DNA of 64,000 bases from Chloroflexota bacterium (GCA_016202545.1 JACQON010000030.1:33599-97598); one strand, 5' to 3'; shown: positions 36,490-44,830, numbered from the stretch's first letter. Notes: a model not told the origin generated them from the sequence alone. Numbers and translations are program-made.

Positions 36490-38939
36490 TTAACCACTAT
36501 ATTCACCAATCTTCCTGGTACGTATATTGTCTTTAAGGCCTCTTTGCCCTGGAGGTAGGGCTTTACCCGCGTCGACTCCGCAGCCAGTTGCCTGGCTTCA
36601 ACCTCGGTGATTGACGCCGGGACGGCAATCCGGTCGCGCAGCTTGCCGTTGACCTGAATCACCAGCGTAATCTCCTCATCTTCGGCCAGCGTTTCATCCC
36701 ATTCCGGCCAACGCTGGTTATGAATGCTGTACTCGTGACCGGTGCGCATCCATAGCTCTTCGGCCAGATGCGGGACGCTGGGCGCCAGGAGCAGAAGCAG
36801 CGCATCTATGGCCTCTTTCCAGGCTGATGCGGCTAAACCCCCGCTTTCCTTCACCTTGGCCAGATGATTGGTGAACTCCATGAGGGCGGCGACCATGGTA
36901 TTAAAGCGCAGCCTTTCCATATCCTCGGTGACTTTTCTGATGGTCTGGTGGGTCGCGCGCTGCAAGTCCCCGCGGACTTTGTTATCTCCCGTGACAGCCT
37001 CTGGTTTCATTTGATATTCTTCTACTACCAGGCCGCATACCCGGTTGAGCCAGCGGCTGATGCCGCTGATGCCGCTATCGTTCCACTCCCCGCCCTGCTC
37101 CCAGGGGCCGATGAACATGAGATAGACGCGCACTGTATCCGCTCCCAGCTCGGAAACATAGCCATCGGGGGTGACGACATTGCCCCGTGACTTGCTCATC
37201 TTGTGCTTCTGGGCAATGATGGTCCCCTGGTTGAACAGGCGGGTGAAAGGTTCGTCGAAGTCGACCAGGCCCATATCCCGGATGGCCTTGATGAAAAAGC
37301 GTGCGTAGAGCAGGTGCATAACGGCATGCTCGGCGCCGCCGGTGTAGAGGTCAACCGGCAGCCAGTATTTCAACCTGCGGTCAAACGGGGCCGAGTGGCA
37401 GCCGGGGCTGGCGTAGCGCAGGAAATACCACGACGAGCACATGAAGGTGTCCATGGTATCGGTCTCGCGCCTGGCCGGGGCTGAGCACTGCGGGCAGGTG
37501 GTATTGACAAATTGCCGGTTATATTTCAGGGGCGACTCGCCGGTGGGCTTGAACTCGGCGTCTTCAGGCAGCAACACCGGCAGGTCTTTTTCCGTGACCG
37601 GCACGATGCCGCAGCTATCGCAGTAGATAATGGGGATTGGCGCTCCCCAGTAGCGCTGGCGCGAGATAAGCCAGTCGCGTAGCCGGTAGGTGATGGTCCG
37701 TTTCCCCCAGCCTTTCTCTTCCAGGAAATCGGAGATGGCGTCCATACCCTGCTGGCTGGGCAGCCCGGTGAACTGCGCCGAGTTCACCATGATGCCTGGC
37801 TCGGTATAGGCTTCCTCAAGCTCTTCCCCCTGCCAGCCGGCCGGGGCGATTACCACCTTTATGGGCAGGTTATATTTACTGGCGAAGTCGAAGTCACGGG
37901 TGTCATGGGCGGGCACCGCCATGACCGCCCCGGTGCCGTAGCCCATCAGCACGTAGTCGGCAATCCAGATGGACACGCGCTCGCCGTTGAGGCGGTTTAT
38001 GGCGTAGGCGCCGGTGAATACCCCGTCCCTTTCCCTCTCCGTAGACAGCCGTTCAATATCGTTCTGCTGTCTCGACCGGGCCACGTACTCCTCGACTGCC
38101 GCCCTTCTGTCCGGCGAGACAAGCCTGGTCACCAGCGGGTGCTCCGGGGCCAGCACCATGAAGGTGACGCCGAAGGCGGTGTCAGGGCGGGTGGTGAATA
38201 CCCTGATTTCCTTTTCTTCGACTCCCGGGTGGTCAAGGGCGAAGGAGAGCTCGGTGCCGGTGCTCCGTCCTATCCAGTTGCGCTGCATGGTCTTTATCCG
38301 CTCCGGCCAGTCAATGCTGCGGTGCTCCATAAGCTCATCGGCATACCTGGTGATGCGGAAGAACCACTGCTCCAGGTCCCGGCGGGTAACGGCTGTCCCG
38401 CACCGCTCGCAGACGCCGCTCCCTACCACCTGCTCGTTTGCCAGCACCGTCTGGCAATGGGGACACCAGTTGACCGGGGCCTTGGCCCGATAGGCCAGCC
38501 CGGCATGGTACAGCTTGAGGAAGAACCATTGCGTCCATTGGTAGTACTCAGGCAGGCAGGTGACCGCCTCCCGGCTCCAATCGTAGATAGCGCCGATGCT
38601 CTTAAGCTGGCAGCGCATGTTCTCAATGTTCTTCATCGTCCAGGTGAAGGGGTGAATGCCACGCTTGATGGCGGCATTCTCGGCGGGGAGTCCGAAAGCG
38701 TCAAAGCCCATGGGGTGGAGCACGTTGTAGCCCCGCATCCTTTTGAACCTGGCGTGGACATCGGAAGGGGCCATGGCATACCAGTGGCCGATATGGAGGT
38801 CGCCGGAGGTATACGGGAACATGGTCAGGGCGTACCACTTGGGCCGGGGGTCATCCTCGCTGACCTGATATAGCTTATCCTCCGCCCACCTTTGCTGCCA
38901 CTTCCCGTCTATTTCCTGGGGATTATATCTGTCTGACAT
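36486..38939 (-). CDS. leuS: Leucine--tRNA ligase
   Basis: 817 aa with the HIGH-type motif (YTSGDLHIGHWY) and KMSKS. Confidence 0.95.
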   Translation of the reverse strand: MSDRYNPQEIDGKWQQRWAEDKLYQVSEDDPRPKWYALTMFPYTSGDLHIGHWYAMAPSDVHARFKRMRGYNVLHPMGFDAFGLPAENAAIKRGIHPFTWTMKNIENMRCQLKSIGAIYDWSREAVTCLPEYYQWTQWFFLKLYHAGLAYRAKAPVNWCPHCQTVLANEQVVGSGVCERCGTAVTRRDLEQWFFRITRYADELMEHRSIDWPERIKTMQRNWIGRSTGTELSFALDHPGVEEKEIRVFTTRPDTAFGVTFMVLAPEHPLVTRLVSPDRRAAVEEYVARSRQQNDIERLSTERERDGVFTGAYAINRLNGERVSIWIADYVLMGYGTGAVMAVPAHDTRDFDFASKYNLPIKVVIAPAGWQGEELEEAYTEPGIMVNSAQFTGLPSQQGMDAISDFLEEKGWGKRTITYRLRDWLISRQRYWGAPIPIIYCDSCGIVPVTEKDLPVLLPEDAEFKPTGESPLKYNRQFVNTTCPQCSAPARRETDTMDTFMCSSWYFLRYASPGCHSAPFDRRLKYWLPVDLYTGGAEHAVMHLLYARFFIKAIRDMGLVDFDEPFTRLFNQGTIIAQKHKMSKSRGNVVTPDGYVSELGADTVRVYLMFIGPWEQGGEWNDSGISGISRWLNRVCGLVVEEYQMKPEAVTGDNKVRGDLQRATHQTIRKVTEDMERLRFNTMVAALMEFTNHLAKVKESGGLAASAWKEAIDALLLLLAPSVPHLAEELWMRTGHEYSIHNQRWPEWDETLAEDEEITLVIQVNGKLRDRIAVPASITEVEARQLAAESTRVKPYLQGKEALKTIYVPGRLVNIVVK

Positions 38940-38961
38940 TTGCCTTTCTCGAATTCAGAAC

Positions 38962-39402
38962 CTACGCTAACGCATCATCGATAAATTGCCAACGGTCTAG
39001 ATACTTCTGTGTATCCTCTTCACGCTCAATCACGAACCAGCTACCGACTCGATACTCTTGTAGCAAGGGGGGACTCACCTTATCTGATGGCACTATGAAT
39101 ACATCTGGCGTCTGTGAGGAATCACCCTTTAAGTCCACAAATGTAAACAGAAAAGCCTTCTGAGGTCGTCGAGATACGCTTACTGGCCATTTCCACCAAG
39201 ACTCCGCCTCGCTTCCATACAATGCTTTCCGTCCTGTCTTGGTCTGTATTGTTACAGACTTCCCTGTTTCAGGGTTAGCGACAATTAAGTCAACGGATGT
39301 TGTGCCACGGGGAGTTATCCCGACAGCGTAGCCTCTTGCGGCAAGTCGGAAAGCAACATAATATTGCCCCGCAACTCCTATTAAATTCTTATCCTCTGTC
39401 AT
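38962..39402 (-). CDS. Hypothetical protein with a PD-(D/E)xK nuclease-like N-terminal pattern
   Basis: 146 aa: GVAGQYYVAFRLAARGYAV...SVDLIV...VTIQTKT (D38 ... Q53-x-K55). It is visibly less GC-rich than leuS and lies 22 nt upstream of the leuS start. Confidence 0.45.
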   Translation of the reverse strand: MTEDKNLIGVAGQYYVAFRLAARGYAVGITPRGTTSVDLIVANPETGKSVTIQTKTGRKALYGSEAESWWKWPVSVSRRPQKAFLFTFVDLKGDSSQTPDVFIVPSDKVSPPLLQEYRVGSWFVIEREEDTQKYLDRWQFIDDALA

Positions 39403-39438
39403 GATGCTGCCCCCTTAGTGGTGATTTAACCAAAGGTA

Positions 39439-39467
39439 ATTGTAGCAAGATTGAAACTGCGGTGCAA
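39439..39467 (-). promoter_or_regulatory. Sigma70-like promoter TTGCAC-17-TACAAT (minus strand) for the nuclease-like gene and probably leuS
   Basis: On the minus strand, -35 is at 39467-39462 and -10 at 39444-39439. Confidence 0.45.
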
Positions 39468-39516
39468 TCTCTGAAGCGAGGTTGTTTACCAATATTTCAG
39501 ACAGAAGCCTCATCGT

Positions 39517-39600
39517 GTCATTGCGAGCGTAGCGAAGCAATCTCTGAATCGGCACACAGTGTCGGTTGAGATTGCTTCGGGCTTCCGCCCTCGCAATGAC
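39517..39600. repeat. Nested palindromic element (outer GTCATTGCGAG/CTCGCAATGAC, inner GAAGCAATCTC/GAGATTGCTTC)
   Basis: Two perfect 11-bp stems separated by asymmetric internal loops, 84 nt in total. Related copies lie at 44563-44773 and, as a half copy in reverse orientation, at 41951-41979. Confidence 0.75.
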
Positions 39601-39686
39601 CAGTGTTCGTAAACAATCTCGGCCTGGCAGGCGAACATGCGGATAGGTCTTATCCCATGAGTTTGCGTGTCCGGAAATATGCCGGT

Positions 39687-40661
39687 CTATACCAGAGTGG
39701 AGAGGTGCTTGAGCCTCTTCAGCATATTGGGATGGGTGGTCAGCATCTCCACCATCTTGGCCCCCCCGCTGAGCTTCACCTGCTTCTGGCGCAGGTCCAT
39801 CAGCTCGTTATGGTCGATGGTGCCGGAGAGGTCTCTATCTACCTCTTTGAGGTCTCTGACCTCGTAGTAGGCGCGGGAGATGTCATTGAGGAAGAAGGCT
39901 TTCACCCCCTGCACCCGCTTCAGTTCTTCAGCCGCCCGCGGGTCTCTCTGAAGCTGGGCGGTGCCATAAACGAGCTTGTAAAGGGCGGTGGCCAGATGGT
40001 GGGCGGGGTTTCCTATCCTGACGCTGCCTCTATCGGCATAATACTCCCGGATGCGGGAGCCATACAGCACCAGGAGGTTGGTTATGAAATAGAGGAGCAT
40101 GGCGCCCAGGCCAATCAGGGCGGCATAGCTGCCACCTTCTCTCCGGCCGCCGAGCGCGCCCCGCCACATCATGCTCCAGGCAATCCAGTACAGGACCAGC
40201 GGTATCACCGAAAGCAGAGTAATAAAGAGCATATCTCGATTCTTGAGATGGGTAATTTCATGGCCCAGGACTGCTTTAAGCTCATCCTTGCTGAGCAACT
40301 GCCTGATGCCCTGGGTAACGCATACCCTGCCGTCCTTCAGGGAGCGACCAAAGGCGAAAGCGTTGGGGACCGCTAGCTGTGCCACGCCCACCCTGGGCTT
40401 GGGGATTCCAGCCCGCTCTGCCAATTCTTGCACCATCTGGTGAAGCTCCGGCTCGTCCTTCTCTGAAACCCACTTCACCCTCATCATCATGGAGACCATG
40501 GCGGGGCCAACCAGGTACTGGATACCCAAAAAGACCACGGCCAGAATCAGGTAAGGTATGGCGCTGCCAGCGCCCATCCAGGTGCCCACCCCCACGATTA
40601 CCCCATATAGAATGGCGAACATTGCCGCTACCAGCAGCCACATTCTAGTTTGAAGTCCCAT
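39687..40661 (-). CDS. htpX: Zinc metalloprotease HtpX (M48 family)
   Basis: 324 aa with the HEITHLKNRD motif and 4 TM segments. Confidence 0.9.
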   Translation of the reverse strand: MGLQTRMWLLVAAMFAILYGVIVGVGTWMGAGSAIPYLILAVVFLGIQYLVGPAMVSMMMRVKWVSEKDEPELHQMVQELAERAGIPKPRVGVAQLAVPNAFAFGRSLKDGRVCVTQGIRQLLSKDELKAVLGHEITHLKNRDMLFITLLSVIPLVLYWIAWSMMWRGALGGRREGGSYAALIGLGAMLLYFITNLLVLYGSRIREYYADRGSVRIGNPAHHLATALYKLVYGTAQLQRDPRAAEELKRVQGVKAFFLNDISRAYYEVRDLKEVDRDLSGTIDHNELMDLRQKQVKLSGGAKMVEMLTTHPNMLKRLKHLSTLV

Positions 40662-40758
40662 GCCTTGCCCCTCCGAGTCGGGATTTGCCTGTATCTATCA
40701 GAATAATACCATAGACTGGTAAAACAGTTAAAGCCGGGTTAGTGATACTGCTTAGAAA

Positions 40759-40835
40759 CCCATCCCCCTGGCCCTCTTCCCTTAACCCCAAGGGAGGGGG
40801 GCAAATTTTTTAAGAGGGGCGAAAGCCCCTCTTAA
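40759..40835. repeat. Two-hairpin repeat element, copy C
   Basis: Hairpin 40772-40801 has 12 bp including two G.U pairs on the plus strand. Hairpin 40810-40835 has an 11-bp stem and a GAAA loop. Confidence 0.65.
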
Positions 40836-40873
40836 GCTCTCTATTTACTTAATTGCTCTTATGTTAAAAAGAC

Positions 40874-40902
40874 TTGACAAACTAAACAATAAGTCTTATA
40901 AT
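40874..40902 (+). promoter_or_regulatory. Perfect consensus sigma70 promoter TTGACA-17-TATAAT
   Basis: -35 at 40874-40879, an exactly 17-nt spacer, and -10 at 40897-40902. It lies inside the ORF-track ORF that starts at 40861, so the real start is the ATG at 40936 (RBS GGAGG). Confidence 0.7.
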
Positions 40903-40935
40903 AGAAATAACCTTACTAACATATGGAGGCCTAAG

Positions 40936-41400
40936 ATGAAAAAGGGATTTATGAAACACGCAGCAACTATACTTGTCCCAGAATTTCCTGGAGAAACGTC
41001 ACTGTGGTATGCGAAGGCCTTTCTGAATGAAGCAGGAGAAGACGGAAGCGATTCAAAAACCAAAGAACAGTCCCTTGCAAACACGCTAAACAAGCAGGTT
41101 AAAGAGGGGCGGGAACGGCGAATTTGGAGGAAGAAACTTAATGATGCTAAATACCACTATTTCCCTGTCTCGATATCACCCACTTCAGAGTCCGATGAAG
41201 AAACTGTTGTCCAGCTTTCTTTATCTGCGCAAGAATTGAAAGACATTGATAATCTTGTTGATGTGGGCAAGTTTAACACAAGAAGTAATGCCATTAGGTG
41301 GTTGCTAACGGAAGGCATCAAAGCCAACCGCACTTACCTAGATAAAGTAGCGGATACGATTAGCCAAATAGAGCAGTTAAAAAAAGAAGTAGTGACATAG
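40936..41400 (+). CDS. Putative DNA-binding protein: winged-helix-like N-terminus plus a ribbon-helix-helix (CopG/Arc-like) C-terminus
   Basis: 154 aa. The C-terminal VVQLSLSAQELKDIDNLVDVGKFNTRSNAIRWLLTEGIKAN fits a strand-helix-helix pattern. The N-terminal HARE-HTH-like reading is tentative. Confidence 0.55.
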   Translation: MKKGFMKHAATILVPEFPGETSLWYAKAFLNEAGEDGSDSKTKEQSLANTLNKQVKEGRERRIWRKKLNDAKYHYFPVSISPTSESDEETVVQLSLSAQELKDIDNLVDVGKFNTRSNAIRWLLTEGIKANRTYLDKVADTISQIEQLKKEVVT

Positions 41401-41410
41401 GTGAATAGAA

Positions 41411-41599
41411 ATGAACAAGAGGCAAGAGCGACGGGAGGAGATACGAAGAAAAATTAGAGAATTGGAGAGGGAATTAACCGACATAGACCTTCAAGATAAA
41501 CCGCTCGGTGATTGGAATACCAAAAGGGAAGAACAACTACAAAAAGAAATAAAGGGTCTTCGGTTAGAATTAGACAAGCTAAACACAAACCAAGATTGA
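41411..41599 (+). CDS. Small, highly charged coiled-coil protein
   Basis: 62 aa: MNKRQERREEIRRKIRELERELTD...LQKEIKGLRLELDKL. I recognised no family. Confidence 0.45.
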   Translation: MNKRQERREEIRRKIRELERELTDIDLQDKPLGDWNTKREEQLQKEIKGLRLELDKLNTNQD

Positions 41600-41621
41600 G
41601 ACGAATACATGGAGGAAAGCA

Positions 41622-41810
41622 ATGAAGCATAAGAAAAGCATTGGACTAAGAGTAATCCTGGCTATAGCGGCGATTGCCTTGGGCTTGGCCGTTCAGGTTG
41701 CTGGCTCTGGTCTCAGCAAAGTCATTGGTGTAGCAGCATTAGAGTATATTATAGGACTCCTAGGTTTTGTAGTAATGGGCTACCTCATATATAAATGGTC
41801 AATAAAATGA
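41622..41810 (+). CDS. Small two-TM membrane protein (holin-like size and topology)
   Basis: 62 aa with a basic N-terminus (MKHKKS), two hydrophobic helices and a basic C-terminus (YKWSIK). RBS GGAGG precedes it. Confidence 0.5.
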   Translation: MKHKKSIGLRVILAIAAIALGLAVQVAGSGLSKVIGVAALEYIIGLLGFVVMGYLIYKWSIK

Positions 41811-41854
41811 GAATATGGGTAATGAAGCGATACCTCATGGCACGTGGGCGTCTA

Positions 41855-41882
41855 AGAGGGGCGGAAGCCCCTCTGTCTTTTT
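41855..41882 (+). terminator. Rho-independent terminator of the cassette (hairpin-2 type repeat, copy D)
   Basis: AGAGGGGC-ggaa-GCCCCTCT, followed by GTCTTTTT. Confidence 0.65.
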
Positions 41883-41910
41883 CCTCCCCCTTTTGAAAAT
41901 CTCTCTCTGT

Positions 41911-41979
41911 CTCCCTTTACCAAAGGGGGAACTAAGGGGGATTTAATAATGAGAGATTCTTCGCTTTGCTCAGAATGAC
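41911..41979. repeat. Composite of two repeat families: a CCCTTT-acc-AAAGGG hairpin with a ...AACTAAGGGGGATTT tail, plus a reversed half copy of the GTCATTSYGAG...GAAGMAATCTC element
   Basis: 41911-41944 is the reverse complement of the element at 63969-64000. 41951-41979 (GAGAGATTCTTCGCTTTGCTCAGAATGAC) is the reverse complement of a 39517-type arm. Confidence 0.6.
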
Positions 41980-42048
41980 AGGAGGGGCGGGCTCGCAATG
42001 GCAACTAAATCAACCATTATCGAACAGCCCCCTTCAGGCCTGGCGGGG

Positions 42049-44325
42049 CTAGCCAAGCATGACCCGGGCATCAACCACCACATAGCCTTTGTCCAGGGCT
42101 TTCACCGGGTTGAGGTCAAGCTCGGCTATCTGCGGCAGGTCCTCCACCATGGCCGACACCCTGAGCAGTAGCTCCTCCAGCGCCTTTACATCACAGGGTT
42201 TGGCCCCGCGCCAGCCTTCCAGGAGCTGGTAGGCCTTCACCGAGCGCACCATCTCATGGGCATCCACATCGGTCAGGGGGTGAATGCGGAAGGTGACGTC
42301 CTTGAACAGTTCGGCGTAAATCCCGCCCAGGCCGAACATCATGAGCGGGCCGAAGGAGGGGTCCTGGGCCACGCCGACAATGGCCTCGACGCCGCCGGAT
42401 ATCATTTGCTGGACGGTGACCCCCTGCATCTCGTCGGCTTTCCCTATAGCGGCCATGCGCTCTCTGATTTTCAGAAAGGCTAGCTCCGCTTCTTCCCGCG
42501 AGCGGATATCGAGGATGACGCCGCCCACCTCGGTCTTGTGGACAATAGTCGGAGCGGCTAGCTTTATCGCCACCGGGAAGCCGACCTCACCGGCTGCCAT
42601 CACTGCTTCATCGGCCGTCCTGGCCTCCTTCGACCGCACCGTGCGGATGCCATAAGCGCCGAGGAGGTCAGCTACGGCGGCGCTGTCAAGCCATAAAGGT
42701 CGGGTTCTGCTGCGCTCCGTGGCCGATTTGACTGTCCGCTCACCCTTGCTCCGGTCAATGCCCTCCAGCGCCGGTATTGTCCCCTTTGGCCTTTTCCGCC
42801 ACTCGTTGTACTCGCAGGCGCTGGCCAGGGCGGCGGCGGTATCTTCGGGGAAGGCAAAGGAAGGGACGCAGCAATTTTCCCTTGAGCCGAGCTCGATAGA
42901 TGCCCCGCGCGAGCCCATAAAGGAGGCTATCAGCGTTTTACCCCGCTGGCGGAACTGCGGCGCCACTCCGCGGATGGCGGAGGCCACTGTCTCGGCGTTG
43001 GTCACTACCGGCGGGACGAAGATGACGATTACGATGTCCACCTTTTTATCTTCCGCCAGAAGCTTCATCGCCTGGCTGTAGTGCTCGGCAGCGGCTTCGG
43101 CGGTCATATCAACAGGGTTGGTCAGGCTGGCCCGGGGCAGCAAAAAAGCCCCCAGGCCAGAAACGGTGGCCTCAGAAAGGGAGGGCAATTCAAGGCCCCT
43201 GGCGGCACAGGCATCGGCGGTGAGAATTCCGGGGCCGCCACCGTTGGTGAGTATGGCTACCCTTCTTCCGGCGGGCACGGGCTGATGGACCAGAAGATTG
43301 GCCACATCGAACAGTTGCTCCAGGGTATCCACCCGGATTATGCCCGCCTGGGTGAAGAGAGCCTCGGAGGCAATCTCGGCGGTGGCCAGGGCTCCGGTGT
43401 GCGATGCTGCCGCCCTTGAACCGGCCGCGGTGCGCCCGCTTTTCACCGCCACCACCGGCTTGAACGGCGTTATGCCGCGGGCAATGCGGGCGAACCTTTT
43501 CGGGTTGCCGAAGGACTCCAGGTATAGCAATATCAGGCCGGTGGCCGGGTCGGCCGCCCAGTATTGCAGCAGGTCGTTGCTGGATACATCGGCCCGGTTG
43601 CCTATGCTGACGAAGGTGGACAGCCCGATATTGAGGTTCCTGGCATATTCCAGGATGGCCAGGCCGAGTGCGCCGCTTTGTGTGCCGAAAGCGATGTTGC
43701 CGGCGGGTGGGAAAAGAGGGGAAAACGTGGCGTTCATCTCCCCCTGGGGGCTGGTGTTGATTATCCCCATGCAGTTGGGGCCGATGAGGCGCATGCCGTA
43801 GTTGCGGATAGTCTCGAGCAGCTTTTGTTCCTTTTCTTTTCCCTCCGGGCCGCTTTCGGCAAAGCCGGCGGAGATGACCACCACGCCCCGCACCCCCTTC
43901 TGTCCGCACTCTTCCACCACGTGCTGGACTGTTTCCGCGGGGACGATGACTATGGCCAGGTCGACATCGCCCGGAACGTCAAGCACGGATGGATATGCCT
44001 TTACCGAGGCTATCACCTCAGCGCCGGGATTCACCGGATAGACAACGCCCTTAAAGCCGTGGAGCAGCAGGCTGCGGAACAGCATGTGGCCAATTGTGCC
44101 CGGCCTGCGGGAGGCCCCGATAACTGCTATGGAGCGGGCTTCAAAGAATGCTTTAAGCGAGGCTACGGTGGCAGCCGCCTCCGGCTCGGCCAGTATCTCG
44201 TCGACTCCGGCGGCCGGGGAGATGCCGCGGGCCATCCGGGGGCCATCATGCTTTCCCTCTTCAGCGGGTGGGGGATGACTATCAGCGAAGTCGCTCATCG
44301 GTCCGTCACCGGGCATGGCATTCAT
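42049..44325 (-). CDS. Acetate--CoA ligase (ADP-forming), fused alpha/beta subunits (CoA-binding, CoA-ligase and ATP-grasp domains)
   Basis: 758 aa: SIAVIGASRRPGTIGH..., with a C-terminal ATP-grasp region. The exact start is uncertain, because several Met residues occur in the first 40 codons. Confidence 0.8.
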   Translation of the reverse strand: MNAMPGDGPMSDFADSHPPPAEEGKHDGPRMARGISPAAGVDEILAEPEAAATVASLKAFFEARSIAVIGASRRPGTIGHMLFRSLLLHGFKGVVYPVNPGAEVIASVKAYPSVLDVPGDVDLAIVIVPAETVQHVVEECGQKGVRGVVVISAGFAESGPEGKEKEQKLLETIRNYGMRLIGPNCMGIINTSPQGEMNATFSPLFPPAGNIAFGTQSGALGLAILEYARNLNIGLSTFVSIGNRADVSSNDLLQYWAADPATGLILLYLESFGNPKRFARIARGITPFKPVVAVKSGRTAAGSRAAASHTGALATAEIASEALFTQAGIIRVDTLEQLFDVANLLVHQPVPAGRRVAILTNGGGPGILTADACAARGLELPSLSEATVSGLGAFLLPRASLTNPVDMTAEAAAEHYSQAMKLLAEDKKVDIVIVIFVPPVVTNAETVASAIRGVAPQFRQRGKTLIASFMGSRGASIELGSRENCCVPSFAFPEDTAAALASACEYNEWRKRPKGTIPALEGIDRSKGERTVKSATERSRTRPLWLDSAAVADLLGAYGIRTVRSKEARTADEAVMAAGEVGFPVAIKLAAPTIVHKTEVGGVILDIRSREEAELAFLKIRERMAAIGKADEMQGVTVQQMISGGVEAIVGVAQDPSFGPLMMFGLGGIYAELFKDVTFRIHPLTDVDAHEMVRSVKAYQLLEGWRGAKPCDVKALEELLLRVSAMVEDLPQIAELDLNPVKALDKGYVVVDARVMLG

Positions 44326-44416
44326 TTTCTTTATTATATTTATTATATCAGGTTGTGGCGACGTGTCTATCCCACCTGAGCCGGAACCTCGTTGCGTAAA
44401 AGAGTGTTATCATAAT

Positions 44417-44477
44417 CCCGCTCGCCCTGAGCCTGTCGAAGAGCGAGCCGATGGTTCGACAAGCTCACCATGAACGG
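44417..44477. repeat. Repeat of the widespread family whose minus-strand pseudo-translation reads PFMVSLSNH...FDRLRASG
   Basis: CCCGCTCGCCCTGAGCCTGTCGAAGAGCGAGCCGATGGTTCGACAAGCTCACCATGAACGG. The arm GGTTCGACAAGCTCAC has an inverted partner, GTGAGCTCAGTCGAAC, at 44681-44696. Confidence 0.6.
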
Positions 44478-44562
44478 CGGTATTGTAATGCTTATTGCTG
44501 CAACTAAGTACTAGCTTATGCGGGGTGAGCCTCACCATTAGCCAGCCAAATGAAGTCCAAAT

Positions 44563-44773
44563 GTCATTGCGAGGGCGACCTGCTCGCCGAACAGGTTTTC
44601 TGTCAGGCGAGAGCGACGAAGCAATCTCAACGATTGACCTTCATCTGTTCCCTGAGATTGCTTGGCCCTCGGGACTTCGGCGTGAGCTCAGTCGAACGCT
44701 GAACTCGGGCCTCGGACTGAAGCTCGGCCTGAAGGCTGAAGCCTCCGCCTGCGGCGGATGGTCTGGCAATGAC
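44563..44773. repeat. Expanded copy of the nested palindromic element
   Basis: GTCATTGCGAG at 44563, GAAGCAATCTC at 44618, GAGATTGCTT at 44654 and GGCAATGAC at 44765, with extra hairpin-rich insertions between the arms. Confidence 0.6.
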
Positions 44774-44830
44774 ACCTTTGAGGTGGCTTTTTGGGAGTCG
44801 GGCTCACGGATTACGGCTCATAACCTCATA

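Noticed and set aside
37905-38873. A 322-aa plus-strand ORF antisense to leuS. The same reasoning covers 36864..37190, 37203..37484 and 38014..38493.
   Set aside because: These are shadow ORFs within leuS, with composition-driven G/P/A/R-rich translations.
39603-40376. A 257-aa plus-strand ORF.
   Set aside because: It is antisense to htpX, which carries the HEITH zinc motif, and it begins inside a repeat.
43190-44379. Overlapping ORFs of 239 aa (minus strand, other frame) and 271 aa (plus strand) within the acetyl-CoA synthetase gene.
   Set aside because: They are alternative-frame or antisense artefacts of a GC-rich gene. The 758-aa frame carries the CoA-binding and ATP-grasp motifs.
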